IMG/VR virus record: IMGVR_UViG_3300025120_010521
Reading direction: 5' to 3' (one strand)
Length of the DNA stretch: 64,000 bases
DNA from: a virus
Taxonomy: Duplodnaviria; Caudoviricetes
The notes under the pieces are model-generated. The model saw only the letters and a list, made by a program, of their open reading frames with translations. It ran no database searches and had not been told where the DNA came from. Each line of letters opens with the position of its first letter. The first letter of the stretch is position 1. Positions 1-9,044 of this stretch are shown piece after piece. Position numbers and translations under genes: made by a program.

Positions 1-1716
1 TGTTGTTCTTTCTTTAACAGTAATAGTTGACCAGTTAACTGAGTCAGTATCTCTATGATCACCATAATATAATATGCTAGGTGATATATAATAGTTATCT
101 TTAGCATAAGTTACACCAGATTTCCAAGTAGTATGAGGTCTACGTTTTAACCAAGTACCTGATGAATCTTGTGCTGATGTTAGTGCTACATTGTTCACAA
201 AGCTAAAATTACCAACATAGTAAGTAAAGTCAATGTCTGCACCCTTCATATTAGATGTTCCATTACTATCATTATTATATGTTGAATTAGAGTATGTTAT
301 CATGTCTTTGATATCTGTTGAATAAAAAGCAATATCAAAATTATAAGATTTATCTTTACGATTATATCCTATTTCATTACTAACAGATTGTTCTGCTTTA
401 AGATTTACGTTACCTGTGTAACCATAGTTATCTGCACCATATAGTTCATACAGTGTTGGTGCTTTATATCCTGTTGATTGGCTTATACGAAAACCATTAT
501 ATGCCGCTCCAATTGAATATGTTGATTGACCATTTGCAATAGAATGCTCGTCATGTCTTAAACCACCTGATACAATTAGATTGTTTGTAAATGAATAATC
601 AAAGTTATGATATATCCCTGTTACTGATGCTGACTTATCAACTGTAGAATTATAGCTACCTGTATTATTAAAGTCTACATCAAATCCAGTTACATCTACA
701 CCTGTTTTAGTTGATACTTGGTCTGAACTTGTTACCCAATCTAAAGATCCATGTGTTGCAACAGAATCATAATTGTCTATTTCTGTTCCATTTACGTATT
801 GTCTATCCCATATAGTATGATCAAAAACTGTTTTTATCTTTCCATACTTTACATCAGTTGACGTCTGCATTTGTCCAAAGTAAAACTTTGTTTCATTTGT
901 ATAATCCAAATCATCTGCACCTGAGGCATCAATATCTGCGTTGGTTGTATTTGTTACTCCTGTAAATTTAATCTTTGTATCATCAAGAGTTATAACATGC
1001 CCAACATTAAATCCTAATACATCATATCCATCTGGTTCTGTACCCTGTGGATAAACTGATATCCCGTCTGACTGTTCTGTATATATTCCAAAGGTAAAAA
1101 AATCTTTACCATATGTATAAGCCATAGTGTTTGTGTCATGTGACCCTTGCGATATGGAAAATTCATTTTGTTTGTAATCAGATGTTTGTATATCAACAAC
1201 ACCACCAACTGCATTTGGTCCGTAGTTAGTACTCATTGGTCCTGTGTATAAATGTAAACCATCTGCAAAATGTATGTTAATGTTGTTTAAATCTGTAGCA
1301 CCATTTGTTGTTGAGTAGTCTGTAATTGCTGACCCGTTAATTGTTACAAGTGTGTGATTTGAATTTGTTCCTCTTGTAAATAACGATGTCTGTTGTCCTG
1401 CTGGTCCTGATCTAACTGCATTAAAACTTGGTGCGTCTTCTAATGCTTCTGATAATATGCTAGACCCTTCTTTCTTTTCATCGTCTAACCAAATAAACGA
1501 ATCTGTGTATATTCTATCTGCTTTTTGAGATGCTGTCATTGTATGAAATATTGGTATGTTTATTACCAATGAATCACATACAATTGTTTCATCCATCATT
1601 TCTTCCCAATAACATTCATTCTCTCCTGCTTTTGCAGGTTTAATTAAAAATGCTACAAATAATATTGCTAATACTATTATTCCTCTTCCGATGTTTCTTT
1701 TGCCTTCACTATTCAT
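1..1716 (-). CDS. TonB-dependent outer-membrane receptor, BtuB (cobalamin)-like; 3' end runs off the window
   Basis: Not in the ORF track (no stop in window). Manual translation from ATG 1716: MNSEGKRNIGRGIIVLAILFVAFLIKPAKA (signal peptide), then plug motif SGPAGQQTSLFTRGTNSNHTLVTINGSAITD...YGPNAVGGVVDI, followed by Tyr/Asn/Thr-rich beta-barrel-type sequence. Confidence 0.85.
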   Translation of the reverse strand, partial: MNSEGKRNIGRGIIVLAILFVAFLIKPAKAGENECYWEEMMDETIVCDSLVINIPIFHTMTASQKADRIYTDSFIWLDDEKKEGSSILSEALEDAPSFNAVRSGPAGQQTSLFTRGTNSNHTLVTINGSAITDYSTTNGATDLNNINIHFADGLHLYTGPMSTNYGPNAVGGVVDIQTSDYKQNEFSISQGSHDTNTMAYTYGKDFFTFGIYTEQSDGISVYPQGTEPDGYDVLGFNVGHVITLDDTKIKFTGVTNTTNADIDASGADDLDYTNETKFYFGQMQTSTDVKYGKIKTVFDHTIWDRQYVNGTEIDNYDSVATHGSLDWVTSSDQVSTKTGVDVTGFDVDFNNTGSYNSTVDKSASVTGIYHNFDYSFTNNLIVSGGLRHDEHSIANGQSTYSIGAAYNGFRISQSTGYKAPTLYELYGADNYGYTGNVNLKAEQSVSNEIGYNRKDKSYNFDIAFYSTDIKDMITYSNSTYNNDSNGTSNMKGADIDFTYYVGNFSFVNNVALTSAQDSSGTWLKRRPHTTWKSGVTYAKDNYYISPSILYYGDHRDTDSVNWSTITVKERTT

Positions 1717-2242
1717 AGAGACCTTTCCTGTTAACTACCATTAAGTAGATGTTGTGTAAAGGTCGAGATAATGCTATAGTCAGTGACACCATTAAGGCAG
1801 TATAAACAACTGTGCCTAACAGTGTATTTTGGAAAAATGGTATTGCCATTGTGTAACACATTATTAATCCTTCTAATGTGTTAGGATAGTAGTCCCACAT
1901 AATCCATACTGCAAAATTTGTTACTACAAAAAATAACACTGATGATCCTATTGTCATTATTGCTAATGGTATGTATTTGCCAAACTGCATAGCCCATCTG
2001 CTAATAACTGTGGACATTGCTATTGATCCATAAACCCAAAGCATATAAGGATGAAACCCTATAAACACATCTCCAATAAACATTGCCATTAATGGTACTG
2101 CTATTGCTATCCAACGATCGTTAACGATGTATGGTGCAAATATAGCCGCGGCCAATATTGGTGTAAAGTTTGGTGGATGTGGTATGAGTCTACCTATGGC
2201 GAGAATGCCAGAAATATATAAAAATGACAGTATAATCTTCAT
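1709..2242 (-). CDS. DUF6580-like membrane protein (putative vitamin transporter substrate component)
   Basis: RLIPHPPNFTPILAAAIF motif, ~5 hydrophobic segments, FFVVTNFAVW and AIPFFQNTL motifs; overlaps the receptor start. Confidence 0.75.
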   Translation of the reverse strand: MKIILSFLYISGILAIGRLIPHPPNFTPILAAAIFAPYIVNDRWIAIAVPLMAMFIGDVFIGFHPYMLWVYGSIAMSTVISRWAMQFGKYIPLAIMTIGSSVLFFVVTNFAVWIMWDYYPNTLEGLIMCYTMAIPFFQNTLLGTVVYTALMVSLTIALSRPLHNIYLMVVNRKGLYE

Positions 2243-2321
2243 AATAGTATTACCCCAACCTCTATTGTTAAATACGGTAAATTGTAATACTATTTATAAC
2301 ATACTTTCCAATATCTGTCAA
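2243..2321 (-). promoter_or_regulatory. Sigma70 promoter (TTGACA-N17-TATAAA) overlapping a TATAAATA box, followed by a leader hairpin covering the RBS
   Basis: tgtcaa 2316-2321, tttata 2293-2298; perfect 11-bp inverted repeat at 2243-2253 and 2284-2294. Confidence 0.7.
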
Positions 2322-2335
2322 TATGCTAAATCTAA

Positions 2336-2674
2336 CTAATTTTTTTTTCTAAAAGCGGAATTAAACATTCTATGCACGTTTTGATGAACAGCATTTTCTA
2401 GTGATTCCATATCTATATAAATTTCCATATTTACTATGTCGTGATAGCTTTCTGCAACTTTGTCCCAATCAACTTGGCCATGTACAGGAATAGTATTATA
2501 GATATCATCACTAGTCATTAGGCTTGTTGAACCATCTCTATGAAATAGTTTAATTTTATCAACAAAATTTGCTGGAATTTTTTTTGGATGTATCTCATGC
2601 ATGATACGATCAAATTCTTTGTGATCTCTATCATTTCGAGAAGGTATAAATTTTCTGTTTGAGTCTTGTGTCAT
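2336..2674 (-). CDS. hypothetical protein
   Basis: 112-aa ORF in the co-directional gene run. Confidence 0.6.
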   Translation of the reverse strand: MTQDSNRKFIPSRNDRDHKEFDRIMHEIHPKKIPANFVDKIKLFHRDGSTSLMTSDDIYNTIPVHGQVDWDKVAESYHDIVNMEIYIDMESLENAVHQNVHRMFNSAFRKKN

Positions 2675-2676
2675 AA

Positions 2677-2717
2677 AAAACCTGCCTATGTACTAGTATT
2701 TATCATAGACAGGTTTT
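2677..2717 (-). promoter_or_regulatory. 14-bp hairpin with a TAAATA late promoter in its loop and the RBS in its 3' arm
   Basis: Minus strand AAAACCTGTCTATG-ATAAATACTAGTA-CATAGGCAGGTTTT-TT-ATG. Confidence 0.75.
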
Positions 2718-2724
2718 AGTAAAC

Positions 2725-3351
2725 TTATGAAGTCGTTTCTGCGGTAGCTTCTTTTTTAGGTCTACCTCTTGGTCTTTTTGGTTCAGCAAAAATAGGCTCT
2801 TTGCCTAATTTTCTCTGTATACCAGGTGAAACTGATTCAGCTTCTTCACGTTTTCTCATTGCGTCAGCTTCCATTAATTCTGCTTGAATTAATAAATTTC
2901 TTGCAATACCATCTTCGTTAGTTTCATCTAGTGGCTTTGCCATTTCGCCTGCTTTAGTTGATGAATCTGGTGTTTGCGGAATTGCTGGATCTGTTTTTGT
3001 TTCAGAAACCATTTTTTGGTATGCATTAAACTCTTTCAAAGGAAGTGTATCTGTAGTTGTCGGTAACAATGTTACTGTGTCTACTGGAATTCTTCTTAAG
3101 AAACCTTTTTCATGCAAAGTTGTTAGTATGTTTTTACCATCCCAAAACAACTTTCTGCCTAGCACTTCGTATAATTTATTAGATGCTTGAGCTTCTGGTG
3201 ATTCAACCGCCTGCATTAAACCATCGTGATATCTTTGTTCTAATGCATTGATGTCAACCACAAGACAGTTGTCTTGATCTTCTGGTATCGATGGAAATAC
3301 AACTACAACACGTCTGTTGGTTGAGTCCACTCTACCTGTATGTTTTATCAT
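2725..3351 (-). CDS. hypothetical phage protein
   Basis: 208-aa ORF, SD present, basic KRPRGRPKK tail. Confidence 0.65.
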   Translation of the reverse strand: MIKHTGRVDSTNRRVVVVFPSIPEDQDNCLVVDINALEQRYHDGLMQAVESPEAQASNKLYEVLGRKLFWDGKNILTTLHEKGFLRRIPVDTVTLLPTTTDTLPLKEFNAYQKMVSETKTDPAIPQTPDSSTKAGEMAKPLDETNEDGIARNLLIQAELMEADAMRKREEAESVSPGIQRKLGKEPIFAEPKRPRGRPKKEATAETTS

Positions 3352-3374
3352 TATTTTTCTCCTAATTGCAATTA

Positions 3375-3701
3375 TTATTTTTGTTCAGGTTGTTCCTGAT
3401 TAGGTTGTGCATCGCCAATTTTACCTTCGTCAATTGCTCCGCCTTCAGCTTCAGTTTTGCTTTTAGCATCTGCTTGAGCTTTCTGCTGATCTGCGACATG
3501 CTGTAAAAACTTTGTAAGTTTATCAGCTATACCACCAACGTTGGTAAGTTCATTGGCTCTGAACGCACCTCTTGAACTTGCTACGTCAATAACATTCAAC
3601 AAAGCCTGTAAGTCAGCAATTGACAATTGTGGTGCCTCTGCCGCTGGTGCTTGTTGTACTGCTTCTTGAGTAGATTCTTTTTGTGCTTGTTCTTCAGCCA
3701 T
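3375..3701 (-). CDS. hypothetical acidic/helical protein
   Basis: 108-aa ORF with GGAG SD. Confidence 0.65.
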   Translation of the reverse strand: MAEEQAQKESTQEAVQQAPAAEAPQLSIADLQALLNVIDVASSRGAFRANELTNVGGIADKLTKFLQHVADQQKAQADAKSKTEAEGGAIDEGKIGDAQPNQEQPEQK

Positions 3702-3767
3702 TTTCTTCTCCTTAATATTAAGTTTGTTTATTATAGTATACTTTAATATTTATCGTCAACCTTTTTT

Positions 3768-4313
3768 TTAGGCGACTTTAATTAAATTATCATCCCATTT
3801 TAAATAGGATTTCCAACTATGATGAGGAATTATCAAAGGAAACTGCGATCTTTTTCCTGCTAGTTCCCAATAATCTGGCCTATAAGGCATTTGTTTTGGC
3901 CTAATATTTTGACTGCCTTTTTCAACATTACAAGTCATACATGATGTTACTATGTTTTCCCAATGCGAATGTCCACCTGCTGATCTTGGTACAACATGAT
4001 CTAATGTAAGGTCTTTCCAGTTTTTATCGTCATACTCACATCCGCAATATTGGCAAGTAAACAAATCTCTTAGATAAACATTGTTTCTTGAAAATCTAGG
4101 ATGCCTAGCTAAATTTAAATATTCTTTTGCTATTAATACACTTGGTACGTGCATTTCAGTTGAAGGGCTGTGAATTATCCAATCATCATAATGTTCTAAA
4201 ACTTTAAATTTATCTAGCCATATGAATTTGATTGAGAGATGCCAATTTACTGCACTAATGGGCAATAAACTTAACGGAGATCCGTCTGCATTTAAGATTA
4301 ATGTATCACTCAT
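3768..4313 (-). CDS. HNH endonuclease (McrA-like)
   Basis: RDLFTCQYCG, TLDHVVPRSAGG, NIVTSCMTCNVEKG. Confidence 0.9.
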   Translation of the reverse strand: MSDTLILNADGSPLSLLPISAVNWHLSIKFIWLDKFKVLEHYDDWIIHSPSTEMHVPSVLIAKEYLNLARHPRFSRNNVYLRDLFTCQYCGCEYDDKNWKDLTLDHVVPRSAGGHSHWENIVTSCMTCNVEKGSQNIRPKQMPYRPDYWELAGKRSQFPLIIPHHSWKSYLKWDDNLIKVA

Positions 4314-4397
4314 TGTTATATTTGTTTATATTTAGTTTTAATTCTTATTAATATAAAGTATCATGTTATGGTTTGTCAACCGGGGTTAAATACTTAT

Positions 4398-4898
4398 ATG
4401 GCACGTTTATTATTCTTAATCATTGCGTTATTTACATTTTTAAGTGTATCTGCTAAAGCAGAGCAACCAGATCTTGCAGATAACAAAGATTATCAATCAT
4501 TAGCTGGAGACTTTAGAATGTATTCAGTATGTCAATCAATACATCAAAACCTTGCTATGTTTATTGCTATAAATTATGGTGTTGGTTCAAATTTAAATTT
4601 TCCTGAAGATTGGAAAAATCAACAAAGATCTTTAATTAATAATATTGTTATACAAGAAGAAACATTTGGCAACAAACTTATTGTAACAATACAAAAATTG
4701 CATGAAGAATTTGGTATGCCATTACAAGGTTTACAAAATCAAAAAGCAAGAAATCAATCACAAACAACGCAATCAATTATATTTACAGTTGCAGGATCAA
4801 TTAACGATCCAGATAAAGTAACATTGACTATTAAAAATATGCTAAATGAATCTGTTAAATGTAGAGCATATAAGTCTGCTTATAATTACGAGAGGTAA
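4398..4898 (+). CDS. hypothetical secreted protein (start moved from 4368 to 4398)
   Basis: MARLLFLIIALFTFLSVSAKA signal peptide; TAAATA at 4387-4392 lies 5 nt before the ATG. Confidence 0.6.
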   Translation: MARLLFLIIALFTFLSVSAKAEQPDLADNKDYQSLAGDFRMYSVCQSIHQNLAMFIAINYGVGSNLNFPEDWKNQQRSLINNIVIQEETFGNKLIVTIQKLHEEFGMPLQGLQNQKARNQSQTTQSIIFTVAGSINDPDKVTLTIKNMLNESVKCRAYKSAYNYER

Positions 4899-4900
4899 AC

Positions 4901-5113
4901 ATGAAGAATCCGTTTACCGACCATCCACATAGTGTCGATGAAAGCTACATTACCCATATGGGTCATTCTTTGTCTTATAGTATAAAATTTTTATGGTTGT
5001 CGTTTATGACTCTTGTACATGCTTTTGTTCCTTTTATTTTTACTAATTCAAGTAGTAAAATGGTTAAGAAAATTAATGAACACCTAGATGATAGGTTAAC
5101 TAAAAATAACTAA
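4901..5113 (+). CDS. small membrane protein, DUF6356-like
   Basis: HPHSVDESYITHM...LVHAFVPFIF pattern. Confidence 0.6.
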   Translation: MKNPFTDHPHSVDESYITHMGHSLSYSIKFLWLSFMTLVHAFVPFIFTNSSSKMVKKINEHLDDRLTKNN

Positions 5114-5224
5114 TAGAGATAAAAGTCCAAACCAACATATCCCTGTAATCAAAGCAATTTTAACTGTACCTTTAATTCCAAAAGCCCAAAGGAAGATTGC
5201 AAGGAAAAATAAAAACCAAAACAT
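5096..5224 (-). CDS. small hydrophobic protein, 42 aa (not in ORF track)
   Basis: MFWFLFFLAIFLWAFGIKGTVKIALITGICWFGLLSLLVIFS; TAATG coupling to the upstream stop. Confidence 0.45.
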   Translation of the reverse strand: MFWFLFFLAIFLWAFGIKGTVKIALITGICWFGLLSLLVIFS

Positions 5225-6447
5225 TATATATTTTCGTAATGTGTTGTTATTCCAAATGGTGCTTCAAGGTCTTTATCATGATTTGAATGTATCACCCAAA
5301 GTGTATCACAATAATTTTCATCACCCCAAGATCCCCAAGGATAACCATCTGTGAATACAATTAGCTTTTTAGGTTGTACCCCTTCTTCTTTCATCCAAGA
5401 CCAATTAGCTTCAAATTCTGTACCACCAAAGCCACCTGGCTTGTAATCTGTAATATCTCTATCTGGTGTAAACACTTCTGGATTATGAACTTCTGTATCA
5501 AAACTCCATACATGAACTTTGTAATCTTGGAATGAATCCATAATACCTTTTACTTCACCTAAGAAAATATTTAATTGTTTTTCACTAATTGACCCTGATG
5601 TATCAATAGCAACACATACGTCAACTGCTGGCTCTGGTTGTAAGCCAGGAAGTATAGCATTTACTGTCCAACCCTTACGTGAAGGTCTCATAAATGAATA
5701 GTCTGATTTTACAACTGATGTTATATGTTGATCTAATAAAGAACGCCAATCCATTTTAGGCTCAGTCATATTTTTAATTAAACGTTCAACACCTTTAGGT
5801 ACATTACCTGCTCCAGCCGCCTGTGCCGCCTGTAATACTGCATTTTTAATTTCATCTTTTAACTTGTCTTTATCTGCTTTAGACATAGCAGGCATCTTGC
5901 CTTTGCCATCTTTGCCATCACCATCTTTACCTTGTCCTTGACCTTTATCACCTTCGCCATCTAGGTGCATATCAAGAGTAACTTTGATTTCAACTTGATT
6001 CTTTTTTAGTTCAGTGTATATTTCATCTGAGTTTTTATCGTAATACTTTGAATCATGTAATCCTTCTTTAGGCATTTTGCCTAACCCTTCACGAACTAAC
6101 TGACCATTAATTACATAGTCTGTTGCCATATTCCAAATTTGAGGTTGTCTACCTTCTCTACGTTCCATATGATCATATACACAATGCATTACTTCATGCC
6201 CAATAAGGAAATCAAGTTCTTCTGAACTTAATGGCGAAATAAATTCTCTATTGTAAAATAAATGCATTCCATCAGTGGCCGCAGTAGGACACCAATCATC
6301 AGCATTTTTAAGTTTTAATCTTGTTGCAAGATTACCAAAGAACGGATGTTTTAATAAAAGACGTACTCTACTTTGAACTATTCTTTCACGTATTTCGTGA
6401 TCTTCTTGAATATTAATCTTTTTCTTTATTGCAGTTTTTGTTGCCAT
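5224..6447 (-). CDS. Metallopeptidase-like + vWA domain protein (DUF2201-type MoxR partner)
   Basis: HEVMH (HExxH), DTSGS MIDAS motif, FTDGY. Confidence 0.85.
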   Translation of the reverse strand: MATKTAIKKKINIQEDHEIRERIVQSRVRLLLKHPFFGNLATRLKLKNADDWCPTAATDGMHLFYNREFISPLSSEELDFLIGHEVMHCVYDHMERREGRQPQIWNMATDYVINGQLVREGLGKMPKEGLHDSKYYDKNSDEIYTELKKNQVEIKVTLDMHLDGEGDKGQGQGKDGDGKDGKGKMPAMSKADKDKLKDEIKNAVLQAAQAAGAGNVPKGVERLIKNMTEPKMDWRSLLDQHITSVVKSDYSFMRPSRKGWTVNAILPGLQPEPAVDVCVAIDTSGSISEKQLNIFLGEVKGIMDSFQDYKVHVWSFDTEVHNPEVFTPDRDITDYKPGGFGGTEFEANWSWMKEEGVQPKKLIVFTDGYPWGSWGDENYCDTLWVIHSNHDKDLEAPFGITTHYENI

Positions 6448-6474
6448 TTGTTTCTCTCTCCTTATTATGTATAT

Positions 6475-6543
6475 ATAATAGCACGATATAGAGATCTGTC
6501 AACCATTATCTACATAAAAAAACCTAATAAAATCAATGGTTTA
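6475..6543 (-). promoter_or_regulatory. Sigma70 promoter with an upstream IHF-consensus site
   Basis: TTGACA-N16-TATTAT with TGn extension; A-tract + AATCAAtggtTTA (WATCAANNNNTTR) at 6516-6543. Confidence 0.7.
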
Positions 6544-6861
6544 TTACGAACTAAAATAATAATTTGCTAGACCTAGTACTAATAATGTCACTAAAATAAC
6601 ATTTAAAACTAATAATGCTCTATCATGCCAAAGATATCCAACCCATGCCCAGCCTAGTGTTCCAAATAATCCAAACCACATATCAATATGTGGAATCGTT
6701 CCAACACTTCTTGCCACTGTAGCAATTAAGATAAGAACAACTGATACCCATTTGACATACCAAGACAAGTCGCCTTTGGGAGTAACTTTTTTAAACACCC
6801 TAGATGAGTTTAATAGTTTGATCTTATCGTCAAGTTTTTCTTTAATTGGTTCTATTGTCAT
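6544..6861 (-). CDS. small membrane protein, DUF6552-like
   Basis: WYVKWVSVVLIL...GWAWVGYLWHDRALLVLN, 3 TM segments. Confidence 0.6.
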   Translation of the reverse strand: MTIEPIKEKLDDKIKLLNSSRVFKKVTPKGDLSWYVKWVSVVLILIATVARSVGTIPHIDMWFGLFGTLGWAWVGYLWHDRALLVLNVILVTLLVLGLANYYFSS

Positions 6862-7042
6862 ATTCTTTCTTTGTTATCATTTCTAATACTACTGCATCCA
6901 TTTTAGCACATTTGTATAATATGTCAACCGATTCCATTAAATTGGCATACGTTCTTTCCCACCAATAATGGGTAGAAGACAATTCTCCTCTTGTCACGAT
7001 TACCTTGTAATACACATCACTCATGATGCTATTTTCTCCCAT
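6842..7042 (-). CDS. hypothetical protein
   Basis: Short ORF overlapping its neighbours in the operon. Confidence 0.45.
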   Translation of the reverse strand: MGENSIMSDVYYKVIVTRGELSSTHYWWERTYANLMESVDILYKCAKMDAVVLEMITKKEYDNRTN

Positions 7043-7251
7043 GCTAAAAAACCTTTAACAATATCTTTGTCCTTGGCCTTTTTAAATGCAAAATAACTGC
7101 CACCTGCTATGTAATACCAACCTGTAGCATGTCGCCTAACAGTTTTTTTAAGTTCTTCCTGTATATTATTATCTAATAAAGGAAGATCAATAACATGATA
7201 TTCACCTTTGTAATTCATGAATTCTTTTTGTGTTAGTTTTCTAGACTTCAT
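7021..7251 (-). CDS. hypothetical protein
   Basis: Short ORF overlapping its neighbours. Confidence 0.5.
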   Translation of the reverse strand: MKSRKLTQKEFMNYKGEYHVIDLPLLDNNIQEELKKTVRRHATGWYYIAGGSYFAFKKAKDKDIVKGFLAWEKIAS

Positions 7252-7621
7252 TGATTGCTTTCTCTATCTTTTTGTAGTAGTCGTCAAATATTTCTGCTTC
7301 TTTGCTGTTTAGATATGCTACAGATCCAAAGCACGGATATCCATTTATACCAGTTGGAAACTGATCTTTCATGTAAGAATAAAACATGCATGGTCTATCC
7401 TGATGCATACCTTGACCCATATCTGGTGACATCAACATTAGTGGCATGAACACTGAAGCTATGTCTTGAGGATTTTGTATTTGAAAACTAGTAAACACTT
7501 CTCCACGATATACTTGTTGTGCTAGTTCTTTTAGAAATTCATTTGATTTTAAAGGACGTTTCTTACGACTTTTTTTATTAACTTTGTATTCTTTTATATC
7601 TTCTTTTTTTATTTCAAGCAT
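7241..7621 (-). CDS. hypothetical protein
   Basis: 126-aa ORF. Confidence 0.6.
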   Translation of the reverse strand: MLEIKKEDIKEYKVNKKSRKKRPLKSNEFLKELAQQVYRGEVFTSFQIQNPQDIASVFMPLMLMSPDMGQGMHQDRPCMFYSYMKDQFPTGINGYPCFGSVAYLNSKEAEIFDDYYKKIEKAINEV

Positions 7622-8612
7622 ATTCTTTCTTATTTTTGTATACTCCTTTTAATGCACAGCTTTTAATACATCTTGGTAGATGATTATCATGTGATGCATA
7701 CCATCTTTCTCTTAAAGATGTATAAAAATTATTCTGTAATATTTCACTAATTGTATTTTTTGTAAGATTATTAAAGTCTTTATCATTTGACATTACTACA
7801 TCTTTATATGATTTTTTAGATTGATCATACAAATAACAACAAGGCCACATAGTCATATCTGCACCTATATAAACTTCTGGTTCATCATAATGCTGGCATG
7901 TAATTGTTTTTACAATATCATTTATTGTTTTTACACTTTTTTCTTTTATTACTTTTTGTAATTTTGATAAATCGTTATGTGGTAATTTTGTTGATGTAGT
8001 TAATTGTATTTCCTTAGTCATTTTTTTAGTTTTATGAACTTTTTTTGCTAGAACATTACGTCCACTTGTTCTTTTAATAAATCTAAAACCAAATTCGTTT
8101 GCTAACTGTTTTGCTTTTTCATATTCATGTTCGTTATGAGCAAACGGAATAAACACCCATGCTCCATTTCCTCCAGCTTGTGAAAATGCTTTCATATTTC
8201 TTACAAGGATATCCCATTTAACATTTACTCGGTATATATGATTTGTGTCTTCAAATCCATCAACACTAAAATCAACTTTTAAATTTTTAACTTTAGCAAG
8301 TTTACTCCACCATTCAGGATTGTTATATCCTCCATTGGTACTAATAATAACATTACCACCTTTTTCACCCAACCATTGCGATATTTCTAAACATTGTGGG
8401 TGAACAATTGGATCTCCTAATACTCCACATAATTTAAATTCTTTATTTTTAACTGACTTTTCTGTTTGAAAAAGATGCATGATATTTTTTAATGATATTT
8501 CTGAATTTCCTCTTAATGACATTCCCATTTCTGTTCTAGCACATAACGGGCATTGTGCATTACAATTAGCACTAATTTCTAATTCATATTTTTTAATATC
8601 AGCTTCTATCAT
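7614..8612 (-). CDS. radical SAM / SPASM-twitch protein
   Basis: CNAQCPLC (CxxxCxxC); C-terminal C...WPCC...CIKSC. Confidence 0.9.
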   Translation of the reverse strand: MIEADIKKYELEISANCNAQCPLCARTEMGMSLRGNSEISLKNIMHLFQTEKSVKNKEFKLCGVLGDPIVHPQCLEISQWLGEKGGNVIISTNGGYNNPEWWSKLAKVKNLKVDFSVDGFEDTNHIYRVNVKWDILVRNMKAFSQAGGNGAWVFIPFAHNEHEYEKAKQLANEFGFRFIKRTSGRNVLAKKVHKTKKMTKEIQLTTSTKLPHNDLSKLQKVIKEKSVKTINDIVKTITCQHYDEPEVYIGADMTMWPCCYLYDQSKKSYKDVVMSNDKDFNNLTKNTISEILQNNFYTSLRERWYASHDNHLPRCIKSCALKGVYKNKKEYA

Positions 8613-8857
8613 TATATGTGTTTATCCGTTGTATCATGAAAGCACTCTGGTGGTTGTGTATATTCCGGAGACAATGTAGAATCATATTCATACCTTGTGT
8701 TACAATATAAACAAACCTTATAATCTAAATTTCCCATAGTCAAATATACGTGAGGATGATCATCTGGTGGTGTTGCTCCAATGCATACAAACCCTTTGAC
8801 TCCAATCTTTATTGTCTTAACGCCTATATCGTTTTTATATGCTGGTGTTACTGCCAT
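8612..8857 (-). CDS. zf-CHCC zinc-finger protein
   Basis: C...DHPHVYL...CLYC ligand pattern. Confidence 0.8.
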   Translation of the reverse strand: MAVTPAYKNDIGVKTIKIGVKGFVCIGATPPDDHPHVYLTMGNLDYKVCLYCNTRYEYDSTLSPEYTQPPECFHDTTDKHI

Positions 8858-8858
8858 C

Positions 8859-9044
8859 TTAATGTATAGTCCTACTATTCTTTAGTATTCCTAAATGACT
8901 CATGTTTTCAAATAACTGTTCTTTTTTAGATGTCCAAAAATTAAATGCCCATGAACCTTTAGCTGAATTTTCAATTGCCTTATCGCAATTACTTAACAGT
9001 CTATTGTACATTTTTTCTAAATCTTGTTTAGTTGTTATGATCAT
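8859..9044 (-). CDS. hypothetical protein
   Basis: 61-aa ORF in operon. Confidence 0.5.
   Translation of the reverse strand: MIITTKQDLEKMYNRLLSNCDKAIENSAKGSWAFNFWTSKKEQLFENMSHLGILKNSRTIH

Noticed and set aside
1014-1214. 66-aa ORF from the track
   Set aside because: Out of frame inside the real TonB-receptor ORF (1-1716)
2243-2335. Cobalamin riboswitch upstream of the BtuB-like operon
   Set aside because: Only ~50 nt of leader and no B12-box or GGGAA/ACUG consensus; reported only as a hairpin
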